Of a DNA stretch of 64,000 nt, positions 13,784-32,133 are shown piece by piece. The translations under genes were made by a program, and so were the position numbers. Under the pieces are notes generated by a model. It was not told the DNA's origin. It saw nothing but the letters and a program-made list of their open reading frames with translations, and ran no database searches. Origin of the DNA: the human T2T-CHM13v2.0 reference genome, Homo sapiens. The number at the start of each line of letters is the position of its first letter. Within the stretch, counting starts at the first letter, position 1. The stretch is taken from assembly GCF_009914755.1 (NCBI RefSeq), contig NC_060941.1. One strand, 5' to 3'.

Positions 13784-16254
13784 GTGGGACGGCGGTTTGC
13801 TTTTTTCCTTACTAGAAATGCTGGGCAGCTTGCTGGGGGTGTGCTTGCCATGCCAGTACAGCCAACTCTCTCCCTGTCTCCTCTGGGCCTGGGGGTTTGG
13901 CCTCCAGCAGGCCCAGGAGCCCTTTCTTCCTCTCTCCTGGGAGCTTGTGGCCTGGTCGTGCTCCGCTTCCAGGATCACATGTCACTTGCTAGAAGTTCTG
14001 TCAAAGGTTTAGCAGGGGAGCTGTTCTTTGGGTAAGGCATGGGGTGATGGCCCATGCTCTCCCCATGCTCCCATTCCCTGACAAACTGGAGGGGGCTCTG
14101 CCACCTATCAGGCCCACCCATGGTGGTGGGTCAGACAACTTGGCTTGTTGGACCGGAAATGTGTGATTTAAACCTCACAACACCAGACAAATATAAGATC
14201 CTCAGTGATGGTCATTGGAAGCCATTATCCTTAATGCAGTAATGTATGCCTTGCCCTGAATAAAATGGGATTTTTTTTTTGCTTCCCAATTAACTGCTGT
14301 TCTTCCTGAAATCCCTGTTACCATGGAAAACAGAGAGTTAGCTGTACTGTCAATTCTAGGTCACGGTGTTTGAAGATACCTAATTCAATGGGTAACTAAA
14401 AATGGGGCTTCTCTTTCTACTAATTAATAATGTATCCTGATCAGAGCCTTACAACTGTAGCAGGTTAAACTGAAAACAGATTTTCACTGTTTCCTACAAG
14501 AAAATGCTCTCAGTCTACCATTGGTCCCAAGTGGGTTCTCTGCTACAGGGAAGAAAGGTGTCTGTTCTCTTCTACTCTTCTTACAAGAAGGGGCACGACA
14601 GAGAGCTTTTGTGCGACTTCCCTGATAAGGTGACCAGCCTTTATTCAGCCCTGGAAACAGTTACAGTTCATTCATGCCTCATTAATATTACAGCTTGTTT
14701 GACTTGGGTATTTGTGTAATAACTATATTTAACTCTAGGATATTTTCCTTCATGTCCCTGTTTTCCCCTAACAGTTTATACAGGATTTTGGCTTCTTCTA
14801 AACTGACATTAGAAAACGTAAGGAAGGCCAGCTCTGCACTGTAAAGAATGTAAATGATAAAAGCATTCGTTAAAGGGTCACCCAGAGGCATTGGAGTTAC
14901 ATGCCCATTTCACCCCCCCAGATAGTCAGAGGCTGCTGTTCTCAGCAGGTCCCGCGGAACTCTCCATGGAGTTCCCTTTTTGTTTTTCCCATGTTCTACC
15001 CATTTGGTAACTGACAAGGTCTGTTTTGAGCCTTGGTGGCCAATTTTGTGTTACCCTGGCCCTCTAGCTCTCCCGCTGGCAAACTGGCTTTCCTGGGACG
15101 TTTGCATGTTAAATACAGCCTGGCAGGCCTGCAGGCTGGCCATCTTCCCCCACTGCGGCTGTCTTTGGCCCTGCCTCTGCACCTTCGCCTGTGCCATTCC
15201 GTTCTCTCTGCTTGGATATCGCTCCCACCACCTGCCCCCTGTTCCCCCAACCTGGCAAGTTGCTTAAGGTATCCACCCCGTGTGGATTTATGTTGTCCTT
15301 CAGCCCTGATAGGAGTTGAAGATAAAAATGAGTATTTTTTTCTTTGAAGATTTCTCATGCCCCAGATGAGTTTTGAGCAAACAAGTGTTATATGGATTGC
15401 ATTTCATCCTTTAACTGTTGGGTGTGGCATCCTCTCCACATCTCACTCCCTCCCCGTCAGAGGGTAGGGGGCTGTCGGAGTCCAGGGCAAAGATTCTGGC
15501 CATGTTTCTTCTCTGTTCTTTCTTGATGCTTCACAAAGGGTTGAGTATAAGGTAAGTGCTTAATCTATGCACACCAGTGGATTTGTTTGGAGCACACCTT
15601 CTTGGAAATCAGCAGTGGGAAGGTCAGAATGATGCCGGCCATTCAGAAAACTGTCAGGTGAGATGCAGGCTGTGATTCAGGAGAGATGTTTGTGAGGGGT
15701 GCATTTGGGACTGCAGACCCCACAGAGGCAGAGGAGGCAGACTGCTCAGAAGCCCTCTTCACATGAGAGCAGCCACAGCCGGGAAGGCCTCTTGTGTGAC
15801 TGGCGATAATCATGAGGATGTCTGAGGAGAGCTTTCTTTCATGTGCCATATGTCATCTCATCCTCCCTGTGCCCCTCCCTCTCTCTCACCTCCCACATAG
15901 ATCTGTAGATCTGACCTTGGAAGTCTCTTGAATTGTCCATCTTGTTCCATGGCCTCAATTCAGTGCCAGCCTTCTGACCAATTTCCTGCTGTCATTATCT
16001 CCCAGTCTCACCTACCCTCCATCTTCATAAAGGATGCCCTGGTCCTGAGTCTCAGCCCCTTTAGATGCCAGGCCCTGCAGGGCCATCCCAGAGCCTTTGA
16101 CGTTGCAGACCTCAGTTGCTTCCACCAGCTGTGTCCCCTGCCCTCAGTCTGGGGGTCCTCCTGTTCCGGCGGAAGCATTCCAGACCTTCCCAGGCCTGCT
16201 GACGTCTGCCTGCAGGCACAGCTCTGGGCTTTCCTTTTGAAGCCTGGTCTACCT

Positions 16255-16640
16255 GCCCTCTGCTCTGTATTTATTGAGTTCCCATGGGGCACCAGGCACT
16301 GAGCACAGAACAGAGCCCCTTGCCCTCGTGGAGCTTATATGGTAATGGGAAAGAAAAACACAATATAAATTATTCAGCATGTTATGTAATGAGCGCTCTG
16401 GAAAACAGCAAAACAAAAACAGTCTTGCTTGAGTGTCTTTGGGGAGGTAAGAGAGGGTGGCTTGCAGTATGAATGGATCAAGGATTGAAGGAGTGTGAGG
16501 GTGAGCCTTGTGGAGGTTGGAAAGAGCCTTCCAGGCAGAAGGGCAGCTGTGCAAAGGCCCTGAGGTGGGAGTGTGCTCAGGGTGTTTGAGAAAAGGCAGC
16601 CAGTGAGGTGGCGATGAGTGACGGAGCATGGCCAGTATGT
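16255..16640 (-). mobile_element. L2 fragment
   Basis: tatttattgag...caggcactg...ttccaggcagaagggcagctgtgcaaaggccctgagg. Confidence 0.7.
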
Positions 16641-16924
16641 GGGGGTGGAGCGTGGCAGAGGTGGGCCTGGAGGAGGTGTGGGGCAGGGCCTCTCAACTCT
16701 GTCTGGTTGGGAGCATTCCTTGAATTCCTAGTCCATCCAGACGGGTCCTTTTGTGTCCATGTTTAGATGTTGTGCCGATGTCATTGCTAGGAGCTTTTGA
16801 AACACTTTCACTGTGCTTACCTTGCAGACCATGCACTCAGTGGCCCGGTGCTGGGCCTTCTGGGTTTATGTCAGAAATTTCTTTGACTTTCACTCACAGT
16901 GAGATGGGGGAAGATGAGGGTTAG

Positions 16925-18016
<1,092 letters not shown>

Positions 18017-19430
18017 CTCTGGCACTCATGTTTACTTGGTGGTCTTGTAATTTCAGACACACCAGCTGCCCTCCCAAGGCTGGCTCCTCTTAAGGCTTAC
18101 CCGTGTTGGCTGCCCTCACATGATCCTGGCATGTAGTCAGTGCTCAGGACAGTTGTGTGTGGGCAGAAGCTGCGCAGCCCAAAGGAGGACCCTCAGGCCC
18201 AGGGGGTTGAGGGATTTGCCTAAGATCACGCAGAGATGGCAGCTGGCCTGAACTGCAACCTGGTGGGGGTGAGCAGCCCACATGTTACCCGCCCCCCGGG
18301 CTCTTTCCACCATTTCCTGTTCTGTTCTGCAGAACTGGCCACAGTGTCAAAAGGCTTTGGAGAAATTACAGAAGTTCTTGGGGTAGACGGAACCTACATC
18401 AAAGGGAGGCAGATGGGGATGAGAAAAGCATTCCTGAGTCAAGGAATGGAAAGAAAGATTGCTGCTGTCCTCTCACCAAGGACACTCTAAGGCCAGGGGC
18501 CAGATCTTCTGCCTTGGCTGGCCTCTGTTGAGGGTGGGTAAGGGAAGGAAGGAATGCTCAGCTTGGTGTTCTCAGCCCCCTTGCTGAGTCTGCGGAGCCA
18601 GAGCTACAGCTGTCTTGATGCTCCCTGAGCAAGTCCCGAGTTGCCTGGTACCTTGCAGTTCTTGGTGGGAGTTTAACTGCCCAGCATTCCCGTTCTCAAA
18701 AAAAAAAAAAAAAAAAAAAAAAGAAAAAGAAAAAGGAAGGCAGGCAGAATAGAAATCTTCATTGCTTTCTGATTCACTCAAGTGAATCAGAACCAACTTG
18801 GGTTCTGAAACCAAAGTAAGCAGTGGTGGGCTTTGTACCAGGTGGGGGCTGCTGCCTGCAGCCGGGTCTTCTTGGCTCTCCTCATGGCCCCTCCTGTCTT
18901 GCTGACGCCGCTGGCCCTGGCTGTAGTATGCTTCAAGTCTGCTCCCAGAGAAATGACAGGGATTCCTTTGGGCTACTGGTCCTCTGGGCTGAGAGCCCCT
19001 TGTGCTGAGGCTGCTCCTCTCACACCCCACCCGGCAAGGGTTTGCCAAGTGATTACTAGAAAGGATTTGAGTTGGCTTATAAAACACATGCAATGCCACA
19101 GGATTCAATAGATACCAGAAGAAATTGGGGCAAAAGGAAAACAGAGGTGAGAAAGAAAAGCCAGGATTGTATACAGTGGCTAGAGATGGATCCAAATTTG
19201 GTTTGATACTGTGCAGCTGGGAAGGCCAGAGTGTCAAGCAGCCTGCCCAGGACTTCATGGAGCAGTGGCCGTGATCATTGTCCTGCGGCATCACCCCAAC
19301 AGCTGCTGCTGCTGTCCGCCAGGCCTTCGGGCCATGCCTCCACTCTCGAGTGGCCTGGCAAGAATCTAAGGGGAAACAGGATTTCTCAGGGAGTGGAATG
19401 GCAAGGCTATCCACGGTTATCAGCCATTCA

Positions 19431-19740
19431 TTTTTTTTTTTTTTTTTTTTTTTTTTGAGACGGAGTCTCGCTCTTTCGCCCAGGCTGGACTGCAGTGGCA
19501 CTATCTTGGCTCACTGCAAGCTCCGCTTCCTGGGTTCACGCCGTTCTCCTGCCTCAGCCTCCTGAGTAGCTGGGACTACAGGCGCCCGCCACTGCGCCCG
19601 GCTAATTTTTTTTTGTGTTTTTTGTAGAGATGGGGTTTCACCGTGTTAGCCATGATGGTCTTGATCTCCTGACCTCATGATCCACCCGCCTCGGCCTCCC
19701 AAAGTGCTGGAATTACAGGCGTGAGCCATCGCGCCCGGCC
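19431..19740 (-). mobile_element. AluY-like
   Basis: CpG-rich antisense dimer. Confidence 0.93.
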
Positions 19741-21097
19741 TCATTCTTAAACCCAATGGGGACTTGGTAGAATTTGAAAGCTTTCTTGTGCGCTGTTTCA
19801 TGAGTATGTCCAGGAAGTCCCCAGGCACAGTGGGCCCTCAGAGGACTCTCTACGGAAGCTGTCTTCATAACAAGGGAACCTCAGGGGTGAACCAGAGTTG
19901 TCATGGCCTCAGCCCTGCTTGCCCAGCTCTGGGAATAGAGCTGAAGCATGCGCACACACAGACACATGTGCACTTACACCAGACATGTACACACAAAGGA
20001 GAGTGTTTTGGTAAGAAGGAGGCATCTGAAAAGGGAGTCCTACATGGGTCTACTTTTGAAAACTCAAAGATGTGGGAAAATATATTGTTAAAAAAAAGAA
20101 AAGCCAAACCCAGCCAGCATGTCAGAAGTGCTTCTGAGGTGGACCTTGGAAGGATCCTGGGCCAGCTGAGGTCTCCTGAGAGTGTGGGAGGTGACAGAGC
20201 TCCAAGGTGCAGGGCTGAGTGATGCTGCCAGGAACTAGGAGGGCAGCAGGGCCCGCCCGGGGCTGAGAGGTGGTTGGTGGCCACCAGCCAGGTATTTCCT
20301 AGTGTCAGGCCAGGGATAGCTACCTGTGGGGAGTGTGTCTAGCCCTCAGGGCCCTTCCATTGGGTTTTGGGGATGGACCAGGAATTTGGTGGGAGATGAG
20401 ACTCATTTGGCATCTTGTTTTGGTGGAACAAATGTGTTCTGTAAGTCAGGGGAGCCCTGCATCTTCGGCTGGCAGTCAGTCCCAGGGGCAGAGGCACAGC
20501 AGGGCTGTCAGCGTTAGCTTACTCTAGAGAGAGTTAATCTCTTCAGGTGGAAAATTGAGTCATGGAGGAAGCTGATCAGTAACATGAACACACCCTCAGA
20601 GGCGGCAGATTTATTGACACATCTATCCAAGTATCAGGTATAAAAGATGCTCGTTCTTGCCACAAGGGCTTGGGTTTTAAGTGGGATTTGAATGTGATTC
20701 GTGAATGGCTGGGCTGCTAAAGTCAGACAGTTGCCCAACACAACCAGAAGGCATCTGGATCACCTCTCCTGGGCCTTTGCCTTCTCTTAGGAGGAGTCCA
20801 TTTGCTTCTCACAGTTGTCTAGAAGGTAGGCAGGGCAGATGAGGTTAATAAGGAAACTGACATGAACTTGCTCCCCTAAATCCTCTCATTTGTAAGTGAA
20901 GAAGCTAGAATTAGAACTGGGATTTTGAAGAACTCTGGTTCTCTTTCCTCTACTTGACAGTTTTTGAAATTGCTTTAAAATTTTTTCTGCAAAATAGGCA
21001 AATACGGTGTACACCTATAACAATTTTAAAATTATATGGTTCATCTTATATAATGCTTTTTTCTGTATTATTATTTTTTTCTTTTTAAGATGGGATT

Positions 21098-22433
<1,336 letters not shown>

Positions 22434-22578
22434 TATTGGGGATTGGGTTATTGATTAAATGATTGACATTGGCGTGTGCCATAGAAAATGGATCAATACA
22501 ATATTTACCTGTTTTTTAAGGATCCTTTGTAGTATAGGTAAACAAACTATTGTTTATAAACTGTCAATAAGTGTAGAA

Positions 22579-23353
22579 GGTTTCTCGATGCTTTAAGGTT
22601 GAGTTTAGCAACAGTATGATACATAGTTGTTAGTTTTTGTTTAGTGATACAAGGCAGTTCCTCATTTTGACAGTTGCCTTTTCTTTTTTCCCTAAATCAC
22701 TAGCTCTCAAGCTTTTAAATCTCCCAAAATGTCCCAAATCCTGGGCCACACCTTTGCCACACTTCTCAAATGAGAATCTCTGGGAGGGCCCCAGGTACTG
22801 CGGTGGCACTGACAGCATTGTACTGGGGGCTGCTGGTTCCCTGTCAGATGTTTTAAGTCAGATTGGCTAGCATAGTCACAGCTGCTGACGGTGTCTTTAT
22901 TCATGGATGCTCAGTACAGCAGTTGCTAGTTTCAAATAGACAACTTCCAGGAGGCATTAAAAAAAAATTATATGACTAGAAACAGGAGGGAAGGCATGCA
23001 GATAGATTTGTCTTCCCATGGGAAGTAGGCCATATAAGTTAAATCTCTCTCTGTATCATATCCTTTTTTACTATCTTCAGAGTCTTTTTCACTACCTGAA
23101 ATTCTCTTATTTGCTTTGTTTTGTCTCCCTGCACTAAAACAAGCTGTTAGAGCAGGAGCCCCGTTCATGCCCCGTGCTGTATCCCTAGTGTCTTTAGCAC
23201 AACACCTGAACCAGGAAAGGTGCTCAGAACATACTTCATGCATGAGTGCTAAATAAGCCTCTCTTCTCCTCTCTCCTCACCTGAGGTCAGGAGTTCGAGA
23301 CTAGCCTTGCCAACGCAGTGAAACCCCATCTCTATTAAAAATACACACACACA

Positions 23354-23384
<31 letters not shown>

Positions 23385-23881
23385 GCGCAAAATAGCCAGG
23401 TGTAGTGGTGCATGCCTGTAGTCCCAGCTACCTGGGAGGCTGAGGCAGGAGAATCACTTTAACCCAGGAAGTGGAGGTTGCAGTGAGCCGAGATCGTGCC
23501 ATTAGACTCCAGCCTGGGTGACAAGAGTGAAACTCCCTCTCAGAAAAAAAAGAAAAGAAAAGAAAAAATACATTTGAAGTCAATTCCAGAAATATAGGAA
23601 TGCCTTATATATTTGTGTGGTTTCTCGATGCTTTAAGGTTGAGTTTAGCAACAGTATGATTCATAGTTGTTGTTTTTGTTTAGTGATACAAGGCAGTTCC
23701 TCATTTTGACAGTTGCCTTTTTTCCCTAAATCACTAGCTCTCAAGCTTTTAAATCTCCCAAAATGTCCCAAATCCTGGGCCACACCTCTCCCACACCTCT
23801 CAAATTAGAATCTCTGGGAGGGCCCCAGGTGCCGCGGTGGCACTGACAGCAGTGTGCTGGGGGCTGCTGGTTCCCTGTCAG
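22579..23881 (+). repeat. Direct repeat, copies at 22579-22847 and 23619-23881, about 95% identical
   Basis: Manual alignment: 9 substitutions and 2 indels. Confidence 0.95.
23277..23569 (+). mobile_element. 5'-truncated AluS with (AC)14(GC)9 in the linker
   Basis: Starts at tcacctgaggtcagg; microsatellite at 23343-23388. Confidence 0.92.
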
Positions 23882-24145
23882 GCTTTAATCAGTTGAAGGG
23901 CTCTTCCTCCCCTCTCCCCTCAACTCATGGCCCGTAGCAGTGTCTTTTTACAGAGTTACAGGCAGCTAGGCAACACTCCAACTTGGAGCAGCTTGGAAAT
24001 TGATATTACACATCAAATTAGTCTCCTCCTGCTGACTGCTAATGGAAAGCTTAGTCCAGCTTAGTCCAGCTTGCGGTGGGATAACCAGAGCTCCTCCCGC
24101 AAGTCCACTCTGCGACCTGCTTCTCCAAGTACAGTGAGGGCATGA

Positions 24146-24916
<771 letters not shown>

Positions 24917-25894
24917 CACGTGTTGGTGTAGTTCCTTCTGGACTTTTTCCCAAGCATTTTCTTTTTCACACTGTGAACGCAACTTTGCATTCCTGCTTTT
25001 TGTCTTGTGACATTGAAACAGAAGCATTTTCTGTGGTTCCTACACACCCTGTAAACATTTTAACAGTTGTACATAGTATTCCTCTGGGTGAAGATCCCTA
25101 AGTCATCCTTGCCCTGACGTTGGACTGTCAGTCACTCCTCATCTTCACACTGAACAGCCTACAGATTTTAGTGACAGGGCCCTGGCTGCATAGAATGACC
25201 ACTGGCAGTCGGGATCTACCAAGTTGTGCAGTTTTGTTGTAGCCATCTGTCTGTGGGCAAAGCATGCAGGTTCTTAATCTGGAGAGGAACTGAAGGCCAG
25301 GGCAAGACCCACATCCCCAAAAGTGCTGACAGATCTGAATCATAGGTCTGAAAACAAAGCAGATCTAACATTTTATATTATGCAGATAGTATAACAGTAT
25401 TATGGACATGTCATTCACAACCGTGTGACATTTTCAAAACATATTTTCCAAAAAGTTGGTTCATGTGCTCACTTTCTGCACTCATGTGTGTGAGGGCCAG
25501 CCCTAAGCTTTCAGGGGCTTGCAGCTGGTAGCTGAGACCTTGTTTTTGGTGGGCCCCATTTAAGAGAGGCAGACATACCGACACCGTGTGGTGCTGGGTG
25601 TGGGGGAAGGTGGTGTTCAGGCAGGCAGTGCAGAGTGGCTGTAAACTATGGAGCTGCTGTAGCCCTTCACTTGTCATCATCCCAGTTTGCGAGGGAGCAT
25701 GAGGCCAAGGGCAAGCCACTGGGGGGCCTAAACTAGGAGGGCAGGAGCAGTGACCTTGGTGCACTTGGCCACAGAGGGTGCCCATGAGAAATAGGACAAT
25801 TATGCAGTTTGATTTTTTTGAAAAAATCTAACTCTATGCATTTTCCATGTTGCTAGATACTTAGTTATATTTATTTATCGATTCATTTATGTAT

Positions 25895-26677
<783 letters not shown>

Positions 26678-28366
26678 AACACTTAGTTTTAAAGGTTAAA
26701 CCTTTGGCAGCTTACTTAATTTAACTTGGAGAAGTTGTAACTTGTAAAATGGACGTAACCATAGTGCTTCTCTCCCGGGTTATTGTGTACGTTACATATG
26801 CTAATAATGTATGCACTTCACATACCAGCTTGCACACAAGAAATGCTCCAGAAGTGGCCCTGTCACTGTTAATTCTTATGATCAGACTTGTTTCAGATTT
26901 TCACCAAATAATGCTGTGGTAAACTTCTTTGAACAGAAAGCTTGTTTTTTTCTTTTTTTAAGGATTCTTTGGATTATTTCTTCAATGTGGAATTCCCAGA
27001 AGTGAGATTAGTGGGAAAAGTGTATGAACATTCTGTTTCTTGAAGCATGACAAATGTTTTCCAAACAGACTGTTTCCAAACAAATGCTTTCCCCCCAGCA
27101 GTGAAGGAGAGTGCTCAATTGGGAGCCCCTGAGCCCACAGCAGGTGCTATAATTTTGTAATCGATTATTTCCAATTGAATAGATGAAAATTACTATCAGA
27201 ATACTAATTTTAAAAATGAGTTTCCTGTTTATAAGTATTACTCTAAGAAATTGTTGCAGGCATTTAACTTCTTTGAAGTTTATGATTGAATTAAAAAAGA
27301 GATAAATGATTATCTTTGTTGAAGTGCCCGCTCACCTCAGCTGGCACTGCCTGGGCTTCAGAACCCCTCCTTCCACCCTGGCTTACGCCTGGAGAGCTGC
27401 GGGTGGCTCAGGGTGAGGCTGCAGGTCCTCTTTTCCTTACTGCTGGTCCCCAGCCATGATGAGACCCCTGCCCCAGCACTCTACCTAGAGAATGACAGGC
27501 TGTAGCTTTGTTACTTTCACTATGGACAGAAGCAGCAGGAAGCTCAGGGACTCCTGAGGTAAATGACAGTGAGAAAAAGCTGCTTAGTGTTTTGGCTAAG
27601 TCCTTCCTTTCCCACCCAACAAGCTGGTGCTCTTACTGTAGGAGAGAGTTTAATAACAGCCCGAAGAGAATGGCACAACTTGCTTTTTTCTGACTGAGGA
27701 TGGGATTTGACTCATGCAGACAAATGAATGGACTGCCTTTTGTCTCTGCTTTACCCTCCTGCCTCTTTCACCAGCCCTGCATTGGGGCCATAACGTGGTC
27801 ATTGTTGGGGCTCTCCCTTTTTTCACCTGGTATTTCAGCTTCCTTCTCTGTAAACTGAGGCAGCGGTACCAGTGTTGCAGAGGGGTAGTGGAGAAGTTAG
27901 AGCCATTATTTGTTTTCACCAGAAACTAAACTTGACCATTATCTGATGGGTGTTTGAGCACCTACTTTGTGCCAGAAGTAAAGCTGACGTGGCCCCTGCT
28001 TTCCGCCCACTTGGGCAGATGGCCGGCTGGAAGCAGTTGAACGGATTAGAACATGCAGCTACAGGTGATCAGGGCTGCAGCCTAGGTGCCACCTAGCTGC
28101 CCCATGGTTCCGTGGTGGGCAGGTCTATGCAAATCTACCCCCAATGTCCGGAGAAGCGGAGGGGCCAAGGAAGGAGGCTGACAAATCCAGTTTCTTAGAA
28201 AGAAACAGGGACTTAGGAGCAGAAGCCATGTTTCTCTCAGGAAGTGGTGAGACAAGGTGTCAGATCCCACGCCATTAGCCCCCAGAGCCAGGGCTTATAT
28301 GCCATAGGGAAGGAGTGGTTCAGAAAGAATGTGTAGGATATTTGAAGTATGATAACATTAAGGTAG

Positions 28367-28770
<404 letters not shown>

Positions 28771-29174
28771 TAATCAGAAGCCAGCATGGTGAATTAGCCT
28801 CCAAGATGGAGCTGCTTTGGCCTCCACATCCACCAAGTGCTCCCTGTGCGCCAAGGCCAGCTCCAGGTATCAAGGTGTTAAGTAACAAAACGGATGGACC
28901 CCCTGCCCTGTGGAGCTCCCAGTCTGATGAGAGACTGGCCTGATAACACAGCCAGGGGAGGCGCAGTGAGAAGGTGGCCTTAGAGCTGATACTTAGGGAT
29001 GAGGATGCGGTTCTCCTTCCCATTCGAGGACCACGAGCAGCATACACAGTGTGAGGGAGCAGCGGGCAAGCAAAGGCTCGAGGCAGGAAGGAGCCTGCGT
29101 GGCAGGTGCTGGGGGAGGATGGGACGCGAGCAGGGCCCAGTGTTACTTGGCTAGCTGCTGTGTCACCCCAGTCT

Positions 29175-29389
29175 CTGCCTCCATGGTCCCATGGCAGTCT
29201 CCCCTGGTGTGTCTGTGTTTCTAACTCTTCTAAGGACACTAGTTCTATTGACTCTAGGGCCCATCTTGCTCCAGTATGACCTCATCTTCACTAATTATAT
29301 ATTCACTAATTACATCTGCAGCTACCCTGTTTACAAATAAGGTCATGTTCTTCATCCTACTTTACGGGGGACCCAGTTCTGCCCATAAC
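29175..29389 (-). mobile_element. MLT1 (MaLR) LTR fragment
   Basis: aaggacactagt...agggccca...ccagtatgacctcatctt...aattacatctgca...aaataaggtca. Confidence 0.75.
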
Positions 29390-30349
29390 CCCTGGTCAGA
29401 AGAAGGCACTGTAAGTGCTGAGTCCACACCATGTGGCAGCATGACACACTAGCTGATTCAGGAACCAGGTGTCATACATAGGATCCCAATTAAATGTGTC
29501 CAGACTCTGGCCACTTCTCATCCCCTTCATAGCTACTTTTCTGGCCCAAGTTCCCCAGACCAGTCAAGTGGCATCACTGCCCCACTTAAGACTCTCCAAA
29601 GCACCTCTGACGGCTTCTGAACCCCCACCACTCTTTGGTCATGTGCCCTTGGGTGCCTCTGCTGACACTAGCCTCAGAGCCTGTCCCCTGCTCTCAGAAC
29701 AGAAGTGCCCCTGCCCTTTTGCCGTTCCTTCCAGGGCTCTGTGCCATCGCCTCCTGTCAGAGCATAGCTGAGCAAGCTCTCCTCTTCCCCACCCTGCCCT
29801 GCCCTGTCCCTCCTTTTTAGATTTGTTTATGGTCTCTCCTTACTAGAACACAAGCTCATGGGAACAGGGACTTTCCTCAGGCCTAGAGGAGGCCCTGCTT
29901 GGTGTGGGTGTGCGCATGTAACTGACTGAGGTTGCAAAGCCCCTTTAGGGTGCTAGGAGCAAGCGTGGGGCATAGGTCCTGAGTCTTGGCTCTGAGTTCT
30001 CATCCTGCCCCTGGGCGGCTGTGAGCCGCAGCCATTTACCCTCTCTGGGCCCCGGTGTCCTCATCAGTGGGAAGGGTTGGTAATGAAGAGCCAGACCTTC
30101 AGGGTCAGACTCCACCTGCCCCAGCTGGGTGGCCTTGGGACAGTCACTGCACCCCTAGGCCTCAGCCTGGACTGTAAGTGGGGCAGCACCCCCTTATGGA
30201 TGGAGGGTTCCTCGAGAGACAGTGTTGCACAGGCAGTGGGTGATTTTCACATCGCTTCTTGTTCGTTCCCCACAACAACCCTGGGAGACGGTTTCCCGTC
30301 CCCATTCTGCAGATGAGAAAACAGGCACTGAGAAGGTAATCACCTAGGC

Positions 30350-30811
30350 CAGGGGTCCCCAACCTCCGGGCCACAGACCCAAAGCTTCATCTGTATTTAT
30401 AGCCGCTCCCCATCACTTGCATTACTGTCTGAGCTCCACCTCCTGTCAAATCAGCAGTGGCATTAGATTCTCATAGGAGCGCAAACCTTATTGTGAACTG
30501 CACATGTGAGGGATCTAGGTTGTATGCTCCTTATGAGAATCTAATGCCTGATGGTCAGTGTTTCCCATCACCCCCAGATGGAACTGTGTAGTTGCAAGGA
30601 AACAAGCTCAGGGCTCCCACTGATTCTATATTATGGTGAGTTGTAGAATTATTTCATTCTATATTACAATGTAATAATAATAGAAATAAAGTGCACAATA
30701 AATGTAATGTGCTTGAATCATCCTGAAACCATCCCCGACCCCACCCCTGGCCGTGGAAAAATTGTCTTCCACTAAACCAGTGTCTGGTGCCAGAAAGGTT
30801 GGGGACAGCTG
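30350..30811 (+). mobile_element. MER1A-like hAT-Charlie transposon inserted in a MIR
   Basis: TIRs caggggtccccaacc / ggttggggacagctg; perfect 8-bp TSD acctaggc (30342-30349, 30812-30819). Confidence 0.92.
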
Positions 30812-31828
30812 ACCTAGGCCAAGGTCATGCATTAAGAAGTGGCAGAGCCCAGATCTGAGCCCAGGCATGGACTTGAGGGCCCGTGCTCTCGTCTGCCACA
30901 CTGGGCTGCTCTCTCAGGCTGATGACACTCGGCCTGGGGTCAGGCCCAGGTGGGAGAAGCACATAGGGCAGGGAGGAAGAGTTCCCTCTGGGCGAGTGTC
31001 AGAGACGGAAGCGCACTACAGGCATCCACACACAGAGTGTGCGTTCAGTCGCTTTCCTGGGTGGAAGCACAAGAAAATGTGAACAGCTGTTTCCTCTGGG
31101 GAGAGCAGTGGGGCAGGATGAGAGGAGTAGCTCTCACTTCCTTTTATGCTGAAATATTTAAGAATAAGTTGTGGGTATCCTCACATTACTCCCCTAAATG
31201 CTTCAGTACACATCTCTTCCTGGAGAGTCACACAGCCACTGTCACACACACAGTCACACACCTCACAAAATGGGAAATTAGCAGCAGCATCTCACGCTGA
31301 GGTCATGGTCACATTTTTCAAGTTGTCTGAAAGTGTCTTGCTGCTGATCAGCCTAATGTGAGTCCACCCCAGGACCCCAGGCTGAGTCTGGCCATCCTGT
31401 CCCTGCAGTCTGTGTCATGGCAGCACGTTCTCCATTTCTCCGGGCCAGCCTTCCTTCGGGATGTCTGTCCCTGGCCTGGATCTGTCTGCTGCCTCTCACC
31501 ATGCTCAGCCTGGCCCTCACCCTGAGCTTCCTGAGAACCGGAATCACGGCTAGAGTCTGGATTCTGTGCACATCAGCGTTTTGCTGGGACTGTCATAGAT
31601 GGGGGTATGACGTCACCTGACAGGCAGCCCTCCCACCACCGATAGTGCCAGCGTTGGCCACAGCACAAAATAACTTTGTGGTTTGTCCCTGTGTTGTAAA
31701 GTCACATCCACCTTGTGGCTGGACAGTGATCTGGCTGTGGTCATGCTTCATTGCATTTTTCATTATACACCTTTTTGTCTTTTGCATCACATATATATAT
31801 ATGTTCCTGTTAAATATTACCTGGTGTA

Positions 31829-32133
31829 GTCCGGGTGGGGTGGCTCACGCCTGTAATCCCAGCAGTTTGGGAGGCCGAGGCAGGCAGATCACGAGGTTAG
31901 GAGTTCAAGACCAGCCTGGCCAACATAGTGAAATCCCGTCTCTCCTAAAAATACAAAAATTAGCTGGATGTGGTGGTGCGTGCCTGTAGTCCCAGCTACT
32001 CAGGAGGCTGAGGCAGGAGAATCGCTTGAACTCGGGAGGTGGAGGTTGAAGTGATCTGAGACCACTCCATTGCACTCCAGTCTAGGTGACAGAGTGAGAC
32101 TCCGTCTCAAAAAATAAATAAATAAATAAATAA
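31829..32133 (+). mobile_element. AluS-like with (AAAT)n tail
   Basis: Sense dimer; TSD acctggtgta. Confidence 0.92.

Noticed and set aside
18572-19501. 309-aa minus-strand ORF
   Set aside because: Starts inside an Alu, has poly-Lys and poly-Phe from homopolymer runs, and no recognisable domain
31608-31615. Palindromic CRE TGACGTCA
   Set aside because: A single 8-mer with no supporting context is not enough to call an enhancer
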